From Eledone cirrhosa (taxonomy: Eukaryota), in NCBI GenBank assembly GCA_964016885.1, contig OZ024742.1:277822001-277886000 (forward strand): a stretch of DNA of 64,000 nt. Direction: 5' to 3'. A model generated the notes under the pieces. The model searched no databases. It was given only the letters and a program-made list of their open reading frames with translations, and was not told the origin of the DNA. Both the position numbers and the translations under genes were made by a program. Positions 55,051 through 64,000 of the stretch are shown here, one piece after another (position 1 is the stretch's first letter; every line of letters begins with the position of its first letter).

Positions 55051-57190
55051 GAGATTTCATGATTTTTGCCAAGGTGTTAGCAACGAGATTGGCGCGTGTC
55101 TTCAAGGGTCTGGTGGGAGAGGCGCAGACATGCGACATTCCGGACAGATCCATACACGACAACCTCCACCTCATGCGATATATGATAGAGAGGGTTGTTA
55201 AGGAACCTGGCACGGGTGGGGCCTTGATCAACTTGGATCAATCCAAACCATTCTATAGGGTCGACCATCGGTACCTGGCGGCGGTCCTCGAGGTAGCCGG
55301 TTTCGGGCCCGTTTTCAGGGGTTGGATTGCTGAGATGTACAGCGACATCTGCTCAGTTGTGAGGGTGAACGGTCACCTGTCGCAGCCGTTCAGCATCATG
55401 CGTTCGGTCCGCCAGGGTTGTCCCCTCTCGTCCCTCTTGTACGTATTGGCTCTCGAGCCGTTACAGCACAAACTGGGGGCGACGAGAGGCGTCCCACGCG
55501 AACTAGGATGCGGGAAATCCGAGTCGGCTTACGCCGACGACGTCACCGTGGTGGTATCAGACACGTCCAGAAGCTCAGAACCGCTCTCAAGGAATACGAA
55601 GCGGTGACAGGAGCAAAAATAAACCAGGAAAAGTCGGTGGGCTTGCAGCTCGGCACCTGGATAGGCAAGTCCATGCCGTCTGACAGCGTCATGGGGCGTT
55701 GGAGGGACGCAACGGTTAAATTGCTCAGGGTCTGGTTCGGACCGGACCTCCAGATGGACAAAAACTGGAGCGAAGTGACGATCAAGGTGGCCTACCTCAC
55801 CCAGAAATGGGCCGAGAGGAAGCTGTCCCTGAGAGGCCGGGCGGAGATGGCGAATGCGTAAATCGCATCCCTCATCTGCTACCGCCTCACTGTCGTCTCT
55901 TGCCCCGGCTCAACTGTCACTAAAATGGAGCATCTCTTCTTCCGCTTTTTGTGGAAGGGACGCGCTCCCATGGTCAGATAATCCCTCTGCTGTCAACACC
56001 CGTTGGGTGGAGGACTGGGCATGCCATGTCTGATGATGCGCAAACATGCGTTGGGGCTGCGACATCTCTGGTGCTACCTTGATGGTGAACAGGTCTGGTC
56101 GCCGTTCGCCAGGCACCTTTTCCCACAGCTCGTCTCCTTGACGGAGCTGCATTCCTGGGTCAGGAAAAGACCGAGAGATAGCGCTTGGAAACTGGAATTC
56201 TCCAGGCGCTCACTGCTCTCTGCCAGCTGGGCACCAGTATCGGTGGAACATCCAGCTCGGCATTCTATAGAGGACTAGTGGAGGGGAAGAGCGACGACGT
56301 TCTCGGAGAGATCCTGGGCGTCGAAGAAGATCAGCTGTTTGCTCTCTTCAGGAGAACTTTCAGCCCAGGGCCTATGGATAACTTCCAAAAATCCCTGGCC
56401 TGGTAGTGCTACCGGGGAGCTCTGCCGGTTCGAGATAAGCTCTACAGGCATGAAGTGCCGTCAGCCGAGCCTGTCCGAGATGCGCGCAGGGCGACGAAAC
56501 CGTCGTGCACGCACTCGTTCAGTGCTCGAGCATTGCTGACTTGTGGAGCTATGTCGAACAGTTGCTGTCGCGTGTAGGACTGATCCGGTTATCGACTGAG
56601 TCCATTGTGCAGATGCTCTCGCCGTTGTCCTTCGAGGAGGAAGGGCAGGAGGTTTTCATCTGCCTGGTGGCCATGGCGAAAGAGATTGTGTGGTGGACAA
56701 GATTGAAAGGGTTAAAGACAGACACTTTCCTCTTCAGCGAATCCCTAATTAACTTTTTCAAGTTTCACTTGAAGAGGAAAATCAGGGTGGAGAGGGAAGT
56801 GCTGCCTTCTAGCAAGTTTGTTGAAATGTAGGTGAATGTAGCGAGAATGGTCCAAGTGAACGGGACCGCTCTGAATATGTCTGTAGTTTGAGAAATGGAA
56901 AAGTTGAGAGAGGGCGCTTGCCCTGGTGGTCAGGGTGGCGGTGGTCTTTTGTGTGGTTTTCGCCACGAGTAACCCTCGGAGGCCCCCCCCCCCCATATTG
57001 GGGAATTTTTCATTGTTTCAATTTTCATTTTTATTGTTTATATATATATATGTTTCTATGTCTTCTTTTTCTTTCTTATATAAATAATAAAAATCTTTAC
57101 ACGCACAAAACCAACATCGTACCGTCCTGTACGGTCCTGTGCCACCTGTAATGTTTTTCTTGAAATCAGCCCTTGTGGCCAATAAAGAAA
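55051..57190 (+). mobile_element. Tx1-like segment F: RT + CCHC + 3'UTR
   Basis: IFAKVLA.RL, RQGCPLS, AYADDV; 3' end GCCCTTGTGGCCAATAAAGAAA then (ATT)n at 57193-57222. Confidence 0.92.
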
Positions 57191-57222
57191 TCATTATTAT
57201 CATTATTATTATTATTATTATT

Positions 57223-60200
57223 GGCGACCTACGTAGGAAATCGTATTATCGTGAGCTCCGCAAAGGTTTGTTATTTTCAGTTGTTTCAAATTGCCATTTA
57301 TGGAAAATTTTTGTTGTTAAGTGTTTATAAGTTCACATATATTGCTTTCGGAAAGGACACTCAAAAAGATTGGGGCCTTGAGCCCAAAATTTAAACTTTT
57401 ATAAATATCAAACAAAAAATTTCTTTGAAAAAATCATGGACGACTCACAGCCACACCAGGCTGACAGCCTTCCTCACAAACTAACACCTCACGCGAACAC
57501 CACCATTGTAAATATTACTACGTTTGCCAACACTAAAAATATAAGCAGTAGCAATAATTTAAATTTGTCTCATGCAGACATTCATTTCCCGCCATTACCA
57601 AAAACTGCAGGTGTTAAAGCCGCTCCCCCCACCACCACAGCGACAACAGAAACAAAAGAAAAAAATAAATTATTATCTCGTGACATCGAAATGGATTCAC
57701 CCAGAATCGACTCTTCCACACCGAACACCACTGACGCCACCACCACCACAACTGAAACTAAAAATAACAATAACAAAAATAACAATAACAACAACAGCAA
57801 TAACAACAATGAGAATAACAACAAAAACACCAACACCACCGCAAATGTGTCGTTTGCCAAAGCAGCCAAGAAATGTGAAACAATCGAGGTAACTCAGGAG
57901 GAATTAAATGAAGCCAAGAGAATGGTAAAGATAGATGGGTACAGGGTCAGCCTCACCCCCCACCTATGCACCGTGTCTTATCGGACGATTAACACAAAAT
58001 CGCACCCAGTGGAACGGGTATCCGAGTCCCAAATCCCAAAAGCTTTGGGACATGTGTGGGCGAAAAAAACCTACATCAGACGTGGGCAGAAATATGGAAC
58101 CGTGGACGTGTTCTTTGGAACACCACAAGAGGCCAGAGAGCACCCCATGTCTCCATTAAGAAGCGACGACTTCACACTCGTCCCAAGCTATTGTGGCCAG
58201 AGACTCATGAAGATCAGGGTGACCCACGTTCCACTGGCCATCGAAATTCTCTGGCTAATGGCGGCCGTCCTCGCCGGCATCGAGGCCAACACCAAAATAA
58301 TTGAAAAATCAAAAGAAAAGCAGGAGAACTGGTCCGGATCTGGGATGGAGCTCCTGATCCAAGCGGACCAAAAAAGCATTGAGGAAATCCCAGAGGTAAT
58401 AGACCTCACTGACGGCAGCCACCTCACAGTAATCGTCGAGGGCAGAAGTCCTAGGTGTGTCGTTTGTGATGAAGGAACCCACCTAAAGGCTTTCTGCCCT
58501 CAGGCTAAAAGGTTGAGGCCACCTCTCTTACCCACCCCAGTGACTCAACCATCAACACCACCAGCAGCAGAAATGGCAGCAACAACTGTAGCAGCAACAA
58601 CAGAAGCAACTGTAGCAGCAACAACCCCAGCAACAGTAGGAAAATCAACACCACCACCACCCACCGCGCCAGAACTAGCACCAGCACCTCCACCATCCAC
58701 CACACCACAAACCAAAGCCTGTGGAGGATTTTCCACTCCCCGACCTATCGCAACTGGAGACAGATCGTGACGACGAGGAGTGGGAAACTGTATCAGGGAA
58801 AAAGAAAAAAAGAAAAAGAAGACAAAAAAGAAAAACATTCTCTTCCTTCCCCCTCCAAAAACAAAATACAGAGGGAAACAAATAAACTATCAAACAACAA
58901 AGTTTGGACAGCTATGCCACCATCCCCACCAGCATCACCAACCCCATCACCACAAACACCAACACCATCACCATCATTAACCCCAACACTACCATCACCA
59001 ATACCACAAAAGTCACCAAAAAGCGAAACAGAAACAAACCCACAACAAACGCAAACAAAACAAAACAACCAAAACGATACACACTACACGGCATTAAATT
59101 TGAACAACAAGCAATTATTACATTACATCCAACACAACACCAGCATCACAGAAAAAGACTACACAACACCCAAAAGTTCACACCACCTCCACACATACAA
59201 ATCACTCGCATCACAAAGAAAACGTACACGACACTAAAACAAAAATTCCCCAAAGACATCGGAGACTTCCGACAAGCATTCTCCAGGCGGATTTATAAGG
59301 ACATCATTCCGGAGGAGGCCACAAGCAGTGAAAAGGATGGAGAAACCATCTTTCGTCTACGAGAAGTAAGGTAAGTGGTCTTTCCCATCTTTTCCACTCC
59401 TTTTCAACATGACCTCACTCAGAATAGACAGCATAAATGCGCATGGCTTGGGGTCGTCATGGAAGCAGGGCCACCTGCTCAACGACATCAGGTCACTAAA
59501 CATAGATGTAGTGGCCATCAGCGAGACCAGAATCTCTGAAGCACGGGCCTTCGTACCGATCTTCGGCGGCTACGTTGTGTACGCATCTCCCAGCCGTCCT
59601 GGATCGGGGGAGGAGTTGCTGTGCTTTTTCGGAGAAGTTTGGATCTCGCCATACGGGCCATCTTCCTGGACCCAGAAGGTAAGTTGGTGGTGCTGGACGT
59701 GACCAGCGGAGACGGGCAAGCTTTCAGGCTAGTGGCCATCTATGCCCCGACAGGAGCAGGGCGGCCTGATTTCTTCCGGCGTCTAGAGACCTTTTTTGGA
59801 ACGTCCCTCTCTTTAGTGTTAGTGGGTGACTGGAACGGGATCTAAGATGCACGCTAGGACTGTGTGGAATTAGCGGATAGAGGAGGAGGGTGCAAGAGCC
59901 TCACCAACCTGCTCAGGCGTTTTGAACTGTCTGACAGGTACTGATTGGATTTCCCGAATGTGCCAATGTGGACTTGGACAAACAGTATCGGGTCATCCAG
60001 ATCATATCTAGATAGAGTATTTTGTAGGGAAATAGATAGGTCTAGCATAGGCTGTCCACAATTCAAGATAGTCAGCTACACGGACCACTAATTCGTGATC
60101 TGTGTGGTTGACTTAGATAGGCTTCATAGACAAGGACCCGGCTACTGGAAGTTAAACGCGTCCTTACCAGCGCGCAAGACCTACAGAGACCGGATTAGCG

Positions 60201-62006
60201 AACTAGTTAAGCGGGCGTTGACGGGGGCCATCGTCAACAACAAGTGGTGGTTTGCTCTGAAAAGGGCGATTAGAATAGAGTCCATTAGGTTTAGTAAGGC
60301 TTTAGCCATAGAGAAAAATAGAGCAGAGGGAGAACTAGTTAGAAAATTAGACGAGGCGTTTAGCAAAGGCATCGCGACCGACGTACTTGCGGCGAAATTG
60401 GCCCTTGACCAATTCTTCAATGCAAAGCACGAAGGCTGCGTTGTCAGAGCTAGGGTGGGTGCTCTCAGACACGAGGGGACGAAAGCCGTTGAATGAGCCC
60501 GAGTGGCGGAGGCGCGTCGTGGCAACAAAGCCGCGGTCCGGTCTTTGGTGGACCACGACGGGCGCATGCTACTCAATCCCGGGAAAATGTGTGAAGATTT
60601 TCAGCGACACTTCGCTCAGCTGTTCGGGGGCAGCGGCGGGCCGGATCGAGGGATGGACTTTAGTATCTACCTTGACGGACTGCTGCGGCTCTCGGCCACT
60701 GCGGCGGAGTGTTGCGAAAAGCCGATAACAGCCGTTGAAGTACGGGAGGCTATGACTGGCTGCACAAGCGGTAAATCGCCTGGTTTGGATGGTCTGACCT
60801 TTGAACGTTATGTGCAGACGTCAGACTTGTTGGGAGGCCTCTTGGCGGACGTCTACTGCAACTGGCAACAGAACGGGAGAATTTCCCAGCTCTGTGAGCT
60901 GAGGAGCGGTGGCGCTGCTGAGAAAGGATCCGAACAAAGGGGATAACATAGATAAATTCAGGCCCATAACTCTGCTAAACAAGGAGTTCAAGATTTTGGC
61001 CAAGGTGCTAGCAAAGAGGTTGGCGCTTGTCGTTGGTGATTTGGTGGGAGAGTGGCAGACATGCGCCATTCCCGACAGATCCATCCACGACAACCTGCAC
61101 CTTATGCGATACATCGTGGAGAGGGTAGCTAGGGAACCTGGCACGAGTGGGTCCTAGATCAATTTAGATCAGTCGAAAGCTTTGGATAGGGTCGACCATC
61201 GTTACCTAGCGGCACTCCTGAGGGCGGCTGGCTTTGGGCCCGTCTTCAGAGGCTGGATCGCTGCCATGCACAGCGACATCTGCTCTGTGGCGAGAGTGAA
61301 CGGTCACCTTTCGGAACCGTTCAACATCATGCGCTCGGTCTGCCAAGGATGTCCCCTCTCGTCCCTCTTGTACGTATTGACTCTCGAACCATTACTGCAC
61401 AAACTGGAGACGTTGAGGGGGGTCCTGCCCGAACTAGGATGAAGAAGATCCGTGTCAGCATATGCGGACGATGTCACCGTAGTCGTGTCGAACGCCAAAC
61501 GCATCGAGGCGATCGGCACTACACTAAGAGAATACGAAGCGGTGACAGAAGCAATGATCAACCAGGAAAAGTCAGTGGGCCTGCAGCTCGGCACCTGGAG
61601 AGACAGGTCCATGCCGTCCAACAGCGTCGTCGGACGCTGGACGGACGGACCGGTTAAATTGCTAGGGGTCTGGTTCGGATCAGACCTCCAGACGGACAAA
61701 AACTGGTACGAGGTGACGAGCTGGGTGGCTTCTCTCAGCCAGAAATGGGCGGAGAGGAAGCTATCCCTGAAAGGTCGAGCGGAGGTGGCGAACGCGTACA
61801 TCGCGTCCGTCATCTACTACCGCCTGACCGTCGTACCTTGTCCTAAGCCTCGCCTGACTGCGCTGGAGCGTTTGCTCTTTCGCTTTTTGTGAAAGAGACG
61901 CGTTCCAATGGTCAGGCGGTCCATCTGCTGTCAACACCCACTACGTTGAGGGCTGGGCATGCCGTGGCTGATGATGCGCAGACACGCGCTCAGGCTACGA
62001 CATCTC
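57223..62006 (+). mobile_element. Tx1-like LINE copy G: 5'UTR, ORF1, APE, RT; 3'-truncated, degenerate
   Basis: ORF1 57436-59374 (one frameshift; CVVCDEGTHLKAFC); ORF2 from 59409 with APE and RT motifs (AYADDV); ends abruptly after HALRLRHL. Confidence 0.92.
57436..58770 (+). pseudogene. Tx1-like ORF1, longest open piece (444 aa)
   Basis: Poly-Asn, SFA motif, folded middle region, CX2CX4HX4C knuckle, Pro/Thr-rich tail; continues in another frame to 59374. Confidence 0.85.
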
Positions 62007-62591
62007 ATGACAGACTAGGGAAAGAATCAAGTACATCTTGTAGTTGAGAAACAAAAAATGACCGACCAATTCCTCTTTGAATTACTCTCCGTCGAGACCT
62101 CTGGCGTCCTTGGTCTCTGCACAGCTGATTTCCTTTGTTTTTTCTCTTGGGGTGCGGCTAAAGCACCGTACAAACTGGGGTGTAATAATTGTCTCTACTC
62201 CCTTTTACCACCGCTTGATACTTCTTTCTTTTCCCCCTTTCATTTTCTTTTTTCTTCTCCCTTTTCTGTTCCCTTTAGTTGTGTGTTTGGTTTTTAGATA
62301 TACAGAGATAGGTGAATATAAACATAGAAATAAAACAAAACGTTATATAGGGAAGGCCAACGGGGGGTAAATAAACACATAAAAGGATAACGAAAAAATG
62401 GAAAGCAAGGGAAGCTGTAAAGCAGCTAGAAGGTTCAGTCGTTGAATCTCTTCGTAACTCCAATGTATTAAACTATTTTGTTTATAGTTGACAGATCTTT
62501 GTCAATATATTGTATCTCCAATCTTGGTACTTTCTTAATGATTGGCTTCGAGATGTTCACTCTCTCAGACAGATAGGATAGTGTATATATA

Positions 62592-63486
62592 CGAGGTGTG
62601 TCAGAAAAGTTCCAGGACTGATGTCACAAAAGATTTATTTCAAACCCAAACTTCACACTAAGAGTGTTCTCCTTCAAAGTAATCCCCCTGGAGTCTAATG
62701 CACTTTTCCATCATTTTCTGCCACGCTTGCATGCACGCCTGGAAGGATTCTTCCGGGATCCTCCGCAGTTCCGTCGTCACGGCCTTTTTGATGTCGTCCA
62801 CGTCTTCAAAACGGGTCCCCTCCGGGTCGTACTCGAAGATCCATGACTCATCACCGGTGACGACTGTCCCTAGCAAGTCAGGTTCAGTTTCAAGACGCTC
62901 GAGGATGTCCTGGCACACTTGCATGCGTCGACCCTTCTGGTCATCGTTCAGCAGTTTTGGCACCATCTTCGTGCAGACTTTCCGCATGTCCACATCTTCA
63001 GTGAGAATCTTCCAGACGCTGTCCCGAATCATGCCCAGCTCATTTGCCATCAGTCGAACAGTCAGCCGACGATCGCTACGCACCATCTGCCTGACGCGCT
63101 CAACGTTGACCTCAACGTTGACCTCAGGTTGTTGAGAGCCTTCCGCTCCCGGGGGTCATCTTGCACCACTCAAAAAACACATGAGCGTGACATCGTCTCA
63201 TCTCCATACACTTGCTGCAGCAATCCCAGTTCCTCTGACAGATTTTTCCCCAACCGTACCAGAAACTTCAAGTATGTTCGTTGCTCTGTGCTCATTGCTT
63301 GACGACCTGAAACAGAGGACATGTATATAAAATTATGAAGAAAAAAGTTTGATCGCTGCAGAGAGCTAAGATTACAGTTACATACTTCAGGGAGATTACT
63401 TTGAAGGAGAAAACTCTTAGTGTGAAGTTTGGGTTTGAAATAAATCTTTTGTGACATCAGTCCTGGAACTTTTCTGACATACCTCG
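62592..63486 (-). mobile_element. Mariner DNA transposon, internally deleted, ~98-bp TIRs, TA target duplication
   Basis: TA|CGAGGTGTGTCAGAAAAGTTCC...GGAACTTTTCTGACATACCTCG|TA; transposase EQR..LKFLV.LGK, DRRLTVR, VPKLL, VTGDESWIFEYDPE joined directly to GTRFEDVDDIK...GDYFE (second and third catalytic Asp missing). Confidence 0.93.
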
Positions 63487-63489
63487 TAT

Positions 63490-63537
63490 ATATGTGTTGT
63501 CCCCTTTTCTTGTGCGCCCTTGTGGCAAATAAAGAAA
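63490..63537 (+). mobile_element. ~45-bp Tx1-like 3' terminus in (TA)n
   Basis: TGTCCCCTTTTCTTGTGCGCCCTTGTGGCAAATAAAGAAA matches the 3' ends of copies A, B, C and F. Confidence 0.65.
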
Positions 63538-63608
63538 TATATATATATATATTATTCGTTTATTTATTTATTCATTTATTTATGTATACATGTATGCACA
63601 TATATACA

Positions 63609-63648
<40 letters not shown>

Positions 63649-63784
63649 TGTATGCGTGCATGCGGGCATGTGTGCTAACGCATTCAATATATATATATAT
63701 ATATACATATCTACTTATATCCATATTTATAAATAAATAAATAAATATATATATGTATATATGTATATCTATCTATCTATCTAT

Positions 63785-63858
<74 letters not shown>

Positions 63859-64000
63859 CGGCGATAAATTTGTTTTGCGAGGTTTTTGATATAAAATCTT
63901 GTGTCGAAACAGATATTGTTATACTTGGGGAGGGTCATATTGTTGTAATAATATTGCCAGAAATAATAACAGAACACACTCACTGTTCGGTTGGTTTCGC

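Overview
This is eukaryotic, AT-rich, microsatellite-saturated DNA with no recognisable host protein-coding exon. The SINE family and repeat landscape suggest an octopus or other cephalopod (inference). Almost every long ORF in the track is either a microsatellite artefact or a degenerate transposon. The window holds at least seven L1-clade (Tx1-like) non-LTR retrotransposon copies or fragments, several stacked head-to-tail with only (ATCT)n or (ATT)n between them. It also holds one R4/Dong-like element sitting in the (TAA)n spacer between two Tx1 copies, one CRE-like element, one RTE LINE, Penelope-like (PLE) remnants with minimal hammerhead ribozyme motifs, an internally deleted mariner with ~98-bp TIRs, Helitron-like fragments and many tRNA-type SINEs, including a four-unit cluster. 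Most notable: (1) a community of retroelements that appear to target microsatellites, including two Tx1 groups associated with different repeats; (2) a conserved AAG|GTAAGT donor-like motif plus pyrimidine spacer at the Tx1 ORF1/ORF2 junction, and a structurally conserved 5'UTR hairpin; (3) hammerhead motifs, including a U3-A8 core variant duplicated in a ~274-bp palindrome; (4) a Tx1 copy with twin-priming-like 5' inversion geometry. Coordinates were read by eye and may be off by a few bases. Family assignments rest on motif recognition, not database searches.
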